Of a DNA stretch of 64,000 nucleotides, positions 29,108 through 40,161 are shown piece by piece; positions within the stretch are counted from its first letter, which is position 1, and every line of letters starts with the position of its first letter. The translations under genes and the position numbers were made by a program. The notes under the pieces were generated by a model, which saw nothing but the letters and a program-made list of their open reading frames with translations, did not search any database and was not told where the DNA came from. The stretch is from an uncultured Pseudobdellovibrionaceae bacterium (GTDB lineage Bacteria > Bdellovibrionota > Bdellovibrionia > Bdellovibrionales > UBA1609), in the NCBI GenBank assembly GCA_963803705.1, contig CAWDNU010000002.1:1-64000 (forward strand), read 5' to 3'.

Positions 29108-30799
29108 CTACAAAAAACCAGCGCATAAATTTATATTAGCGATTTCTTTAGATTTAAGGCTTAGTGTATTTTTATACTCGGTCATAATCTCTTCAAATAA
29201 ACTTTCGTATTCTTTATAAACTTGTTTGAGTTTATTCACTAAAACTAAAAGTTCACTAGAGCTATACTCTTCATTAATTTTAACGCTGAAAATTATATCT
29301 TCTTTCTGTTTGCTAATTTGACCGAGTTTTCGCGCCAGTGAATTAGATTTTTTTGGTGTTAGAATTCCATCCGATCGCATTTGCCAGATCCACTGCTGGA
29401 TTTCCTGCTTTAGCTTTGCCAGTTCAAGTATCAATGATTCACTTTCTGGAAAATTTTTATCTTTTTTAGAAGCTGCAAGCCTTCCATTTAAAGTGGGGTT
29501 TTTTAGTTTTTCAAACATCAGCGACCAGAATCTTTTACTAATAAGAAGCCGTGGTTGTCTCAGTTTCACGGGCTGTCTGAAGCTATGATAGGTTGTTAAA
29601 AAAACTAGACCTGTGGTTACTGCTGCAACATCAGAAATTTGACAGAAAACGTGATAAGGTCCAACAATCATACTTTCGAGAGTTTCACCTAAAACTTTTA
29701 TGGTTATTAAGCTAGAAGCTATGGCGATCCCGGTAGAGAAATTGCTTTCTCCAACTGAAGTGCTGTATTTAGTTTGAGCGTAAGAATTCAATTGGTTGAA
29801 ATGTTCTTTGTCAGATAAAAGCCTCCGGGCATATCTAAACACTTTCGGAATTGGCTGGATAAGCTCCCTGTGAATATCTATTATTAAAGCCTTAGCGGCT
29901 TTTAAAACAACACTTTTTTGTATTAAATTTTTAGGCTCGTTAGGTGCACTTTCAATGTTTTCCACCTCATTATGTTTAAGCTGAACCATAAATTGTTCCG
30001 TGAAGCTGGGCCTATCATTATCTGAGGAGCTTATAAAAAACTGCGATTGGGAAAGCCCCGATAAGTAATGTGACTGTTGCGGCAGGTGAACGGTCTTACA
30101 GGTGGAACAATAAGACCCTAGGAGCTCATCAATAACTTTCTTGTTTAAGCTTCGTATACGTTCCCCAAGCATAGTTCTTATCTTTTCTCTTTCTAAAAAG
30201 TTTAATTTTAGATCAGTTTCAAAAATTTCTCCTAAATCTTGAGTGTGAGTTCTAACCATCTCAAGCTGAGAATTAATTGAACTTTCAAGCTCTGACTTAC
30301 TTAAAAGAGTGAATTCATGGGAATGAGGCTTAGATTCAAAACTCTTATTTACCCAATAATTAATTACTTTTTTCGAAACATAGTAGGCAGCAATTGCTCC
30401 GATAACCCAGGGCCAAACAGGATCAGAAGGTAAAACCTCGGACAGGCCCACCGTTTCTATCAATTCGCTTAAAGATTGCGATGACATTTCTAAAATAGTT
30501 TTGACATTTTCAGGAGGTTGAAAATCTATTTGCTCTCTTGAACAGTGATAATAACTGTTCGAAGAGTGAAAGTGACATAAAAATTTTATAATTTCAGTTT
30601 TATTGAAAAAATTAAATAGAGCAGATTCACCCCATGCTTGAATTTGTATATTTGCTGAATGCATCTCTGGTAGCTGCTCAACGATTCTAGGTAAACTTCC
30701 TAGCCAAAAAGACTCTAGCTTTTCAGCTGCAAATATAACATTTGGATTTAAAAAAAGAAAAACAAAAGCTAAGATTGTTGATGAAGCTATTTTACGCAT
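29108..30799 (-). CDS. Hypothetical exported or membrane protein
   Basis: 563 aa, signal peptide, GGAG SD, CxxC, C-terminal NLCAGFL. Confidence 0.7.
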   Translation of the reverse strand: MRKIASSTILAFVFLFLNPNVIFAAEKLESFWLGSLPRIVEQLPEMHSANIQIQAWGESALFNFFNKTEIIKFLCHFHSSNSYYHCSREQIDFQPPENVKTILEMSSQSLSELIETVGLSEVLPSDPVWPWVIGAIAAYYVSKKVINYWVNKSFESKPHSHEFTLLSKSELESSINSQLEMVRTHTQDLGEIFETDLKLNFLEREKIRTMLGERIRSLNKKVIDELLGSYCSTCKTVHLPQQSHYLSGLSQSQFFISSSDNDRPSFTEQFMVQLKHNEVENIESAPNEPKNLIQKSVVLKAAKALIIDIHRELIQPIPKVFRYARRLLSDKEHFNQLNSYAQTKYSTSVGESNFSTGIAIASSLITIKVLGETLESMIVGPYHVFCQISDVAAVTTGLVFLTTYHSFRQPVKLRQPRLLISKRFWSLMFEKLKNPTLNGRLAASKKDKNFPESESLILELAKLKQEIQQWIWQMRSDGILTPKKSNSLARKLGQISKQKEDIIFSVKINEEYSSSELLVLVNKLKQVYKEYESLFEEIMTEYKNTLSLKSKEIANINLCAGFL

Positions 30800-31060
30800 C
30801 TATTTCTCCAATTGCTCGTTAAACCAGATTGCACTTCAAATAGCCAGCACTTTTCATAATATATAAGGTTCATTTTTGAAGATAGATAAAGACGTCTAAT
30901 ACAACCATCTTTATGAACGGACCTGGATGGAGCCTTCTTAAGTCTAGCCACGAATTTAATATTGAAAACGAACTTAACAGCTTTTTTATAAAAATTTAAG
31001 AAAAATTAAACCGGCCAAATTTGAACTGAACAGTAGTTTAGGGTTATTCGTCGGCGAAAA

Positions 31061-31489
31061 TTAACCCATGCCTTTCCCAAATCTATTTTTTAAGAACTCA
31101 TCAAATGAATACTTTCCGCCTCCGGCTAAAATAAACATTAGGTAAGGCATCAAAAATAGCAGAGCGAATTCTTTTTTAGCAAATGGGTCATCTGCATGAA
31201 TGACAAATATTGCAACTAACATTGTAAAAGCAAGAGGAATAGATACTAGTCTTGTTAAAAATCCTAAACATAATAATAAGGATAAGAAAAATTCTGTTCC
31301 CGCGGCAAGGTAAAGTGATAACTCTTGACCAATTCCGATAGGATCAGCGAACTGGATAGGTCCATCACCAAGAGCACTTTGCAACTTTCCTAACCCGTGA
31401 GAAAGTGCCATAACTAGACCAATTCCAACTCTTAAGACTAGTAGGCCTAAATCTTTGGACGCCCAAAATTCATAATATTTTTTAAACAT
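31061..31489 (-). CDS. DoxX family membrane protein
   Basis: LLVLRVGIG..HGLGK, GFLTR, GGGKYSFD. Confidence 0.9.
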   Translation of the reverse strand: MFKKYYEFWASKDLGLLVLRVGIGLVMALSHGLGKLQSALGDGPIQFADPIGIGQELSLYLAAGTEFFLSLLLCLGFLTRLVSIPLAFTMLVAIFVIHADDPFAKKEFALLFLMPYLMFILAGGGKYSFDEFLKNRFGKGMG

Positions 31490-31529
31490 ATAGTTTCCTC
31501 TGATAAACTGTAAGAATATCGGCTAGCTA

Positions 31530-31553
31530 CTTATTGTCTTATTGTCTTATTGT
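31530..31553 (+). repeat. 8-bp tandem repeat (CTTATTGT x3)
   Basis: Seen directly; lies upstream of doxX. Confidence 0.7.
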
Positions 31554-31920
31554 TTTTTTGTCCAGGAACAAAAATCAATGCCAACATTAACACCCCTAAA
31601 ATCAGAAGTGCATAATTTTCAACACTTTCGAATGTCCGCATGGACTCTACTGCATTGCTGCTCGTTTTAAGCTTTCGCTTTTTTCTGGCTTCATGCCTAT
31701 TCCAGATCCAGTATACAAAGCAATATTTAATTGGGCAACTCGTACATCGTAGATCGAGTTAGCATTGAAAATTAAATTAACACTATAAGCACAAAATCGA
31801 CAGTTTTATCTTTTGAACTTTTAAGGCTAGCGCAATTTTAAAATTGAACATTTTCAATTTGTCTTTCATAATGAAAGCCACAAATAGAAACCTATTTCTA
31901 GTAAATTTGGGAGCCATTGA

Positions 31921-32898
31921 GTGAGAGGTTTGTTTTTTATAATTTTATTTTTTTCTGTAGCTTCATGCTCTAATAAAACAAGTTCTGAAAAGCTGCCAGT
32001 TAGATGGAACTCTACAAATGCAATTCAAGAATTGGGTTATCACCTTTATTTTGAAACTAAATTTTCTGGTGACAGTTCGATATCTTGTAACACTTGTCAT
32101 AATATTCTAAACCAGGGTAATGGCGCCCAATCGACCGCTGTGTCCGCTGGGATAAATGGGTCCAAGGGCGGACGGAACTCTCCTACAGTTTGGAATGCAA
32201 AGTTTCTATCAGTGCAATTTTGGGATGGGCGAGCTAAAGATTTAGCAGAACAGGCTAAGGGTCCAATTACTAATCCCATTGAAATGGGTATGGAAAGCCA
32301 TGACTTAGCCATGAATAATATCAGAGGCATTGAAAACTACAAAAAACTTTTTAAAGAGGCTTTTCCGGATATTGAATCACCGATCAACATCGAAAATGCC
32401 GCTAAAGCTATTGCAGCTTTTGAAGAAACTTTGATCACCTTGGACAGCCCCTACGACAATAAATCACTGACCAAAGCCGCTAGTAGTGGCTACGAAGAGT
32501 TCAAAACCGTAGGGTGTGCATCGTGCCATTCTGGTGGTCATTTCGCGGGTCCTGAATTACCTATCGGCACAGGTTTTTTTATGAAATTTCCAACATTTCC
32601 TAGTAGCGACTTAGAGCAAAAGTACGGATTTTCAAAGGATCAGGGCAGGTTCGAAGTGACTAAAAATCCAAGTGATAAAAACATGTGGAGAGTGCCGACT
32701 TTAAGAAACGTTGCCATCACTGCTCCGTATTTTCACAACGGATCTGTTCCAGATTTAAAAACGGCCATTAGAATTATGGCAAAAACTCAACTAAACAAAG
32801 ATCTGACAAAAGAGCAGGTAAGCTCTATTGAGGTCTTTTTAAATGCCCTGACAGGTGAAAGGCCGTTAATTTACGAACCAGGAAAAGTTCGGCTATAG
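31921..32898 (+). CDS. Di-heme cytochrome c peroxidase (CCP/MauG family), probable lipoprotein
   Basis: CNTCH and CASCH, RNSPTVWNA, QFWDGRA, NPIEMG, PYFHNGS. Confidence 0.93.
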   Translation: MRGLFFIILFFSVASCSNKTSSEKLPVRWNSTNAIQELGYHLYFETKFSGDSSISCNTCHNILNQGNGAQSTAVSAGINGSKGGRNSPTVWNAKFLSVQFWDGRAKDLAEQAKGPITNPIEMGMESHDLAMNNIRGIENYKKLFKEAFPDIESPINIENAAKAIAAFEETLITLDSPYDNKSLTKAASSGYEEFKTVGCASCHSGGHFAGPELPIGTGFFMKFPTFPSSDLEQKYGFSKDQGRFEVTKNPSDKNMWRVPTLRNVAITAPYFHNGSVPDLKTAIRIMAKTQLNKDLTKEQVSSIEVFLNALTGERPLIYEPGKVRL

Positions 32899-32963
32899 AA
32901 AATAGTATTGGTTTTTTAAATCTATATATTTCGACACTAGATTAGGTCATAATAGTTTTATGG

Positions 32964-33515
32964 GTGTTTATGAGTAATTTAAACAAAACAAAATTTTATT
33001 CCTTTCTAAGCATTTCATTTGCTATATTTTTCTTGCTAGGTCTACTTTTGGGCAAAAAAACTGACATTTTTAACATGCTAATTTCAAGATCAAACAGACC
33101 TTTAAAGCAGTTAAATAATTTTGAACCTAGGTCGAAATTCATGAAGAACAAATTTGATGTAAGCAGCAACAATATCATCACTTACGAGATTGAAAGGAAA
33201 GCTTTGAAAATAGCAATATCTAATTACAAGGCTATTTTTAATTCTATTAGATTGGTCAATTTTAATGATTCGATTACCGGTGCACCACTGGGTTACCAAG
33301 TTAGATCGCTTGATAAAAACAGCCCAATCTACAATTATGGAATTCGAGCTGGTGACATACTGATTTATTTCAATGATGAAAAAATAAATTCGATCCCTTT
33401 AGCACTTAAAAATTTTGCAAAAGTAAAAATAAATTTGAACTCAATGTCAAATTTCAAGATTGGCCTAACAAGAAGTAATGACAATTATATATTAAATTAT
33501 AATTTAAAAGATTAA
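32964..33515 (+). CDS. Membrane-anchored PDZ protein (GspC C-terminal-like)
   Basis: N-terminal TM; GYQV..L..NSP...GIRAGDIL. Confidence 0.6.
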   Translation: MFMSNLNKTKFYSFLSISFAIFFLLGLLLGKKTDIFNMLISRSNRPLKQLNNFEPRSKFMKNKFDVSSNNIITYEIERKALKIAISNYKAIFNSIRLVNFNDSITGAPLGYQVRSLDKNSPIYNYGIRAGDILIYFNDEKINSIPLALKNFAKVKINLNSMSNFKIGLTRSNDNYILNYNLKD

Positions 33516-33640
33516 ATAGCTGGTTTGCTATCTTGTTTTTAAGTAGTTGGGGGCTCTTGAGATTTAACATCTCGAATAGGATACTTTGAACTTGAGCCGA
33601 AAGCTTTAGCCAAAAATTTACCCGCAAATATTTTCGAGCT

Positions 33641-34921
33641 CTATTGTACTAAATTTTGATGTGCTTTTTCTGCTAGCCCCTGAATAATCGAATGAAAACT
33701 TTTAAAAGTTTGAATTCTGTCAGATCCAAATCTTTGCAGTAAACCATCAAAGATAGCAGGGACTTTAGATGTGCCACCTGTACAGCAAATTGAATCAATA
33801 TCTTGCGGTCGAAGCCCTGCTTGATGAATAACTTCATCCATACACTTTAAAATAGCTTGAATTTGGGCGTTGGTTATCTTTTCAAATTCTGTAAAACTGA
33901 TTTTTTCGTGAATACTAATATCTGCTTCGTTAAATCTAAAATCCGCAATGGATTTGAAATTACACAAACTTACTTTTGTTTGCTCAATGTTTTCAAAAAT
34001 TTGAAATCCCAAATTATAATTAACTAAACTTTTTAAGTGATCTAGCTTTTCTCGATCGATCTTTGAAATAGGGCTTTTTCTAACAGACTCTAGAAATGGC
34101 ATGATGCTAGACCTTCCTAGAAATGTTATGTCAGGCGGTGAGCAGATTTCATACTTTAAGCTAGAAGGCATCTTCTTCATCGAAGTAGAAAGGGGCAGCT
34201 TATATTTAATTTCAGTTCCAAAATTCGGAGCTATGATCTGACTCATAATCCGACTATCCAGGGCATTGCCCGCAACGGATATTCCGCCGATAGACAAAAC
34301 ATCCTTACTTTGAAATGGGCCTCTGTGCACTTTGACCACAGTGAAATCAGAAGTTCCACCGCCAAGATCTACAACAAGTATAATTTTTTCGTCTTGTATT
34401 TGTTTTTTGTAGTCGTAAGCTGCGGCTAATGGCTCGGGCATAAATTCGATATCAATGAATCCGGCTAATTGAGCTGCTTTCATAAGTCGGTCATTTGCCA
34501 ATTTATCCTCTGTGGGATCAGAAGAAAAACTTGCTGGACGGCCCAAAACCAACCTGGTGATATCACTCTGAAAATGATGGTCAGCTCTTTTTTTCATCTC
34601 TTTTAAAAATTCTGAAATCAAAGTTTCTAAATTGTGATGACGGTTTCCAATTCGGGTTCCAGTAAAACTTTTTTGTGGCAGGTACTTCTTGATCGATCTT
34701 AAAAATCGACCGGACCCGTCTTCTTCTACAAAACGTTGGATAGCTTCTTGACCAAAGTAGACGTTTAAATCTTCGGAAAAGTAAATTAAGCTTCTTAGAG
34801 TTGAACAATTATCGCTAAAAGGGTCTAACGCGATTGGCATATAGGTCTTCTGTGAGTCTGCTGCAGCCAATAAAGAGTTAGAGGTTCCAAAATCGATGGC
34901 ATAAGTCAAATTTTTATTCAT
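33641..34921 (-). CDS. Hsp70-family protein (YegD-like)
   Basis: IDFGTSNS, EPLAAA, DLGGGTSDF, TGGTSKVP; 426 aa, no substrate-binding domain. Confidence 0.92.
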   Translation of the reverse strand: MNKNLTYAIDFGTSNSLLAAADSQKTYMPIALDPFSDNCSTLRSLIYFSEDLNVYFGQEAIQRFVEEDGSGRFLRSIKKYLPQKSFTGTRIGNRHHNLETLISEFLKEMKKRADHHFQSDITRLVLGRPASFSSDPTEDKLANDRLMKAAQLAGFIDIEFMPEPLAAAYDYKKQIQDEKIILVVDLGGGTSDFTVVKVHRGPFQSKDVLSIGGISVAGNALDSRIMSQIIAPNFGTEIKYKLPLSTSMKKMPSSLKYEICSPPDITFLGRSSIMPFLESVRKSPISKIDREKLDHLKSLVNYNLGFQIFENIEQTKVSLCNFKSIADFRFNEADISIHEKISFTEFEKITNAQIQAILKCMDEVIHQAGLRPQDIDSICCTGGTSKVPAIFDGLLQRFGSDRIQTFKSFHSIIQGLAEKAHQNLVQ

Positions 34922-35075
34922 ACCAAAAAATTATAGCTAGTCGCCCAGTATTTCAAGATTTTCTTGCGATAAAATAAATGTGCAGCTAAAGTTCTGAGTA
35001 GACGCTTGTGTTGACCTATTTAAGTAAACAAATGCCAAATGTTACTTAATTATTTTAAGTCTGGACTATATACTG

Positions 35076-35573
35076 ATGAAAGGCCTTGAGCTAAAGAAAG
35101 AACTTTTGACTACCTTGATAGACAGTTTGATTTTAGAACATCAGGCTTTAATTTTATCAGCGCTAGAAGCCAAAGATGCTGCTACAAGTGAAGAGTCTAA
35201 GGCAGAAAATAAGTACGATACCCGAGGTTTAGAGGCCTCGTATTTGGCAGGTGCTCAGTCCAAAAGATCTAAGGACATGGAGCGTGCAATACATAGTTTG
35301 AAAACTTTGAAATTCGTTGATGTATCAAAACTTAAAAAAATCAGCTTAACTTCAATAGTGAAATTAGAAATTCTAGAAAGCTTAAAGACCAAGATGATTT
35401 TTATTTTACCTTATGCTGGCGGGAATAAAATTCTGTTAAACAGCATGGTTTATCAAGTTATTACCCCCGAGTCCCCAATGGGCTTACAATTGATAAATAG
35501 ATCAGTGGGCGATGTAGTCATTTTAAAAAATAAAAACTCATCAAGTGAATACGAAGTTTTGTCATTGGCATAG
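35076..35573 (+). CDS. GreA/GreB-family elongation factor-like protein
   Basis: AENKYDTRGLEASYLA, ITPESPMG.L..GD. Confidence 0.8.
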   Translation: MKGLELKKELLTTLIDSLILEHQALILSALEAKDAATSEESKAENKYDTRGLEASYLAGAQSKRSKDMERAIHSLKTLKFVDVSKLKKISLTSIVKLEILESLKTKMIFILPYAGGNKILLNSMVYQVITPESPMGLQLINRSVGDVVILKNKNSSSEYEVLSLA

Positions 35574-35707
35574 ATCAATCTTCCACAGGCCCTAGTATCA
35601 GTTAATTTCTAAATAGAATTTTATTACAAAAAAAAACAGGCTATTAAGCTAGTTATGGACTTAGTGTTGGATGGCTGACAAGCAAAAGCTTTTGAAAAAC
35701 TAAATAT

Positions 35708-36094
35708 CTAATAGACTTTCTTACGATTTTGCTTAACTTCCCCTTTTAGCTTTTTAGAGTTAAGCCTTTTGTTAACACTCGAACGAGATGGTCGTGTTTT
35801 TCTTCTTGTTTTAGGTTTGAAAAACGCTTTTTTAATTAGTATTTTCAATTTTTCAAGGCATCTTTTTTTGTTTCTTTCCAAATCTCTGAACTCGTCAGAG
35901 CGGATGTAGATCTCACCGGATTTATTTATAAGATCTGGCAATTTTGTTCTCAGTGCTTCTTTTTTTTCGTCGGTTAATGAAGATTCTTCGAATCGCCATA
36001 GCATTAAGGCTGCAGAATTCACCTTATTTACGTTTTGACCCCCAGGCCCACGGCTTTTCATAGCTTTAAAACTGACATCTTTTTTATAAATCAT
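35708..36094 (-). CDS. arfB: Alternative ribosome rescue factor ArfB (YaeJ)
   Basis: SRGPGGQNVNKV and a basic C-terminal tail. Confidence 0.93.
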   Translation of the reverse strand: MIYKKDVSFKAMKSRGPGGQNVNKVNSAALMLWRFEESSLTDEKKEALRTKLPDLINKSGEIYIRSDEFRDLERNKKRCLEKLKILIKKAFFKPKTRRKTRPSRSSVNKRLNSKKLKGEVKQNRKKVY

Positions 36095-36247
36095 AGGTCT
36101 ATTATTTCATAAGTTTTTAGTTAAATGAACTAAAAGAGTATAAGTTAAGGCAGGTTAAAGCTGTCCCGACTAAAACCTCAACATGTGGTAGTTTTCCTTT
36201 CGAATTTAAATTGATAATAGAGCTTACAGCTATATACTTGTTTAAGT

Positions 36248-37216
36248 ATGTTAAAATTTTATATTTCAGAAAATAATAAAATTAAAGAGATTCAAGACCC
36301 ACTAATCTTATTAGATAATTTGGTTTGGGTAGACATGATTTTTCCTACGAAAGATGAAGAGCACTTTGTCGAAAATCTTTTGCAGATCGACACGCCAACA
36401 CAAGAAGAGATGTTAGAGATCGAAGTCTCAAGCCGACTTTATGTTGAAAACTCGGCAATATACACCACCGCGACACTTGTAACTCCGTTTGAAAAAGATC
36501 ATCCAGAAACCGAGTCTGTAACCTTTATATTTAAAGATAAAACTCTCATTACTTTGAGGCATTCTGAACTTAAAGCATTTAGTTTGTTCATAAACCGCTG
36601 TAGAAAAAACAGGACCGAAGCTATTGGGTCAGGGGCTGATGTGTTTATAGGGCTAGCTGAGGCCATTGTAGATCGATTGGCAGATGCTTTGGAGATGATT
36701 AGTAAAGAACTTGATGATACATCTTCAAAAGTTTTTCAAAAAACTGGCGAAGGTGGAACTCAGGGACATAGTTTGCAGGATGTGCTTAAAAAGATTGGCA
36801 GAAATGGTGATCTAAATGGGAAGCTTAGAGAGAGCTTACTAAGCTTGTCTCGCGTCATAGTGTACTTACTGTCTGTCGGGGTTAAATATAATCAGGTTCA
36901 CATAGAAGAATTGGAATCTCATTCGAAAGATATAGTAGCTTTAAATGAATATACAGGGCATATCTCGCAACGAATTAACTTGTTATTAGACGCTACCTTG
37001 GGAATGATCAATATCGAGCAAAACGCGATTATCAAAATATTCTCGGTAGCTGCGGTGGTTTTTTTGCCACCAACATTAATAGCAAGTATTTATGGTATGA
37101 ACTTCAAAGATATGCCTGAAATAAGCTGGCCCTACGGCTATCCATTTGCCCTAGCCTTGATGGTTTTATTCGCGATACTTCCATATTTGTTTTTTAAAAA
37201 GAAAAACTGGCTATAG
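36248..37216 (+). CDS. corA: CorA Mg2+/Co2+ transporter
   Basis: PPTLIASIYGMNF..MPE. Confidence 0.95.
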   Translation: MLKFYISENNKIKEIQDPLILLDNLVWVDMIFPTKDEEHFVENLLQIDTPTQEEMLEIEVSSRLYVENSAIYTTATLVTPFEKDHPETESVTFIFKDKTLITLRHSELKAFSLFINRCRKNRTEAIGSGADVFIGLAEAIVDRLADALEMISKELDDTSSKVFQKTGEGGTQGHSLQDVLKKIGRNGDLNGKLRESLLSLSRVIVYLLSVGVKYNQVHIEELESHSKDIVALNEYTGHISQRINLLLDATLGMINIEQNAIIKIFSVAAVVFLPPTLIASIYGMNFKDMPEISWPYGYPFALALMVLFAILPYLFFKKKNWL

Positions 37217-37368
37217 TGCTCTCAAATAGCATTTCTAGTTCGAGATAAAGATCAAGTTGATGAATATGGGCTAATCCAATATAATAAATTTAAAATCGAA
37301 GTTTCGAACAAGGCAACTGATTTGTACAACTCTACTGATCACAGACACAACCCATGCTAAGTTTGCTA

Positions 37369-38053
37369 TTAGTTTTCCATGTTTTTATCGAAAAAATTTA
37401 CAATTTCTTTAGAATTAAATAACCAAGTTTTCACAATTGTCCATATGTGGCCTGAGTTATAAGTAATCACTTTGTCGGGGTTTAGAGCTTTATTAATTTT
37501 TCTTGGTTCTCAGAATTTACTGTTTTATCTTTCTTAGCTTTTACAAACATCACCTTTTTGTTCGTATATACATCTTTAAAATCAATAGGATTTAATATTT
37601 TTGTTTGTTTAAGAGCCTTTTCGTATTCTTCGGTCTCTTTGAAGCCATATTTTTTAAATCTTTTTTTCCTATAACTTGCAAGGCTACTTTCATTGGAAGT
37701 AGCTATTACTTCAGAGACAGGTGCACCAGCAGCAATAATTACTGCCACATCAATTTGTTTTATTTGTCCTAATGAAATAGCGGCTTTGTCCAGACCCTCC
37801 CAATTTTGAACACTTATCACTTTAAAACCTTTATTTGCTAAGCTTTTAGAATAAGAATGTTCTAGATATGTCGGGCCCCCAGTGGGCGGCATTACAATGA
37901 TCACTGAAGTTACAGGTTTTGGCTTCTTTAGCTGATAGATTTTGGCTTCGACCTGATAAGGCGAGTAAGTCATTCTCTTCATTTCGACGCTGCTGCAGGA
38001 GCAAGATATTAAAGTTCCGACCGTTAAAAGGACTGTTAAAAATGTCGGCATTG
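37369..38053 (-). pseudogene. Degraded alpha/beta-hydrolase lipoprotein
   Basis: PPTGG and D.TV motifs present, no GxSxG elbow; C-terminal PDKVITYNSGHIW.. continues in a shifted frame after 37482. Confidence 0.55.
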
Positions 38054-38400
38054 GCGTATCAGCTTTGTATTTATCATCAAATCTACTTTGAAAATTTTCA
38101 AGACTTATGACCTTTAAGAACCCTTCTGTTCTGGAAATCATATAATTGAAGTTGATAAGTTTCAATTATGTGATTTGAAACGAGGTCCTACCACACTAGT
38201 GGCTAAGGGGTGGCTAGACCCGACGATGTCATGAAGATGTAGAAAAAGTTTTGACTATCCTTTAGAGCGAAAAACGTCACTCTTGACTTTTAATGTCACA
38301 TTTTCACTTAAAAAAAGCACATACTCGAACCTATTAGGACACGTATTTTGCACATTCATTTCTGTAATAAGCCCTGGAGCTGAAAGTGGAAGGAAAATCG

Positions 38401-39426
38401 ATGATAAAGGCAATATTTTTTTTAGTTTTAACCATTTTATTTTCTTATTCGCAAGCGTACGCAGGTGGTAACAAGCCTGTCCAAATGACCTGTCGAATTG
38501 ACCTGAATCCTAATAATGGCTCATTTTGGAGGAAAGACAATAATTTGACGTACACAGAACAGATAGTTTTACCCTTATCTGCAGACGTCAGTGACCATCA
38601 GGTCATCTTTCAGTCAGACGAAATCAACGCACATTTCCATAGATCAATTGTCTTTTTGGGCAATGCTACTGTCGATCCCCTAACTGGTAGAAGAAAAATT
38701 TTCATTGGAATTTATCAGGCTTCAGATAGAAAAGAAAATATCGACAAGGCCAATCTTATGTTTAGTCTTCCTTTCACTGAGTTTTACAAAAAATATGACG
38801 GCAAGATAGGCCACAGCACTCAGTATGGGTTACCCATCGTTTCTGCTGTTTCTGATTCAGGTTCACTGGAAATTTTTACCGGGGATTACTTCAATGGTAG
38901 ATTTAAGATGAGCTGTAAAGCGAATGGATATGATATTCAAGCATCAAGCTTTGACCCATTGAAATCGCCCAGAGAAAGATTTTCATGTAATATAAACTTG
39001 AAAAATGCATATTCAAAGCAAACTGTGAATGAATTAAGTAGACCAGTCATTCTAGGTTTTTCAACTGAAGACAGAAATGACCTACAACCTATAATTGAAG
39101 ATAACATGTTTGAAGGTTTGCTGACTAACATAAGAGTGATGGGAAATTTATATATTAACCAGGAAACCCTAAAGCCAGAATTTCTACTGGGTATTTATCG
39201 AATGTCTAAACTTTATGATCCAAAATTACACGCTGGCTTTCATATACCGAAAAATCAGACATTAAATAAAAATGGTAACCCGAACTATTACGCAGTGCCG
39301 GTAGCAGAGATTCGCACCGAATCCGATTACGCGGAACTAAGAACTAGAGTCGCTTTAGACGGTTATAGGATGGAAATTGAGTGTAAAAAAATTAATAATT
39401 CAATCGAATGGACTGACAAAATTTAG
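38401..39426 (+). CDS. Secreted hypothetical protein with two tandem homologous domains
   Basis: Signal peptide ending AYA; duplicated C..GN..GIY..Y..P..C pattern. Confidence 0.7.
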   Translation: MIKAIFFLVLTILFSYSQAYAGGNKPVQMTCRIDLNPNNGSFWRKDNNLTYTEQIVLPLSADVSDHQVIFQSDEINAHFHRSIVFLGNATVDPLTGRRKIFIGIYQASDRKENIDKANLMFSLPFTEFYKKYDGKIGHSTQYGLPIVSAVSDSGSLEIFTGDYFNGRFKMSCKANGYDIQASSFDPLKSPRERFSCNINLKNAYSKQTVNELSRPVILGFSTEDRNDLQPIIEDNMFEGLLTNIRVMGNLYINQETLKPEFLLGIYRMSKLYDPKLHAGFHIPKNQTLNKNGNPNYYAVPVAEIRTESDYAELRTRVALDGYRMEIECKKINNSIEWTDKI

Positions 39427-39488
39427 GTTATGTTGAACGAAGCGATTTTTCAGATTACTTTGAATTTCAAACAGCTTGAAAATTTGAT

Positions 39489-39926
39489 TCAGTTTGCAAA
39501 ACAGTAAGTCACAATTTTGCCATCAACGTCGCCATCTAGTTTTCTGCCTTCAAACCAATTTGAGTAAGGTAAACCACCAGACTTTTTTTCATTTGGTAAA
39601 TTGTATTTTCCTTCCGGTTGAACAAAATAGTAATAATTAGAATAGGTATGTTCCACGTCAAAAGCTTCGCACCCCTCAGGTCCCATTGGCGCTGAAAATT
39701 CGCTGGTAACTTCTTTTGGTTCTTTGGTTCCATTTTCTATATAACTTACCGTGGTCACCAAAGAATAAATCCTGGTTGTATTTTCTAGAAGCCATTCTTT
39801 ACCTTTTACTACTTCTACGTAATAGGTTTTTTTGTCTGTATCAATCCCTTCAGAGGCTTTACAGAAAGCTAAAAAAATTGATTGAACCAGAAATATGTTA
39901 AATATAATCGACTTCAGGAAATTCAT
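39489..39926 (-). CDS. Secreted hypothetical protein
   Basis: ORF with signal-like N-terminus from ATG 39926 (GGAG SD). Confidence 0.55.
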   Translation of the reverse strand: MNFLKSIIFNIFLVQSIFLAFCKASEGIDTDKKTYYVEVVKGKEWLLENTTRIYSLVTTVSYIENGTKEPKEVTSEFSAPMGPEGCEAFDVEHTYSNYYYFVQPEGKYNLPNEKKSGGLPYSNWFEGRKLDGDVDGKIVTYCFAN

Positions 39927-40161
39927 TACAACGCTCCAGTGGTGACAATTTACGTCACTTACCTTACAAAAGATATGCCATAGTTTTGATGTACTACTCT
40001 CCGTTTTAAACAAATCTTGGCCAAAACCTTTGCGGTCTAGATGTAGATATAGTTTTTAAGCATGAAAAGATTACTTGATCTAAGTAGAGGTTTTTAAAGC
40101 TTAAAGGTGATTAAGCCTGCTTTAGGTTACGGATTCAAAATTACTTTATTAGACTTAAAGT

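Noticed and set aside
31530..31553. 8-bp tandem repeat as a phase-variation switch for doxX
   Set aside because: Only three copies and no evidence of variability; kept as a feature only
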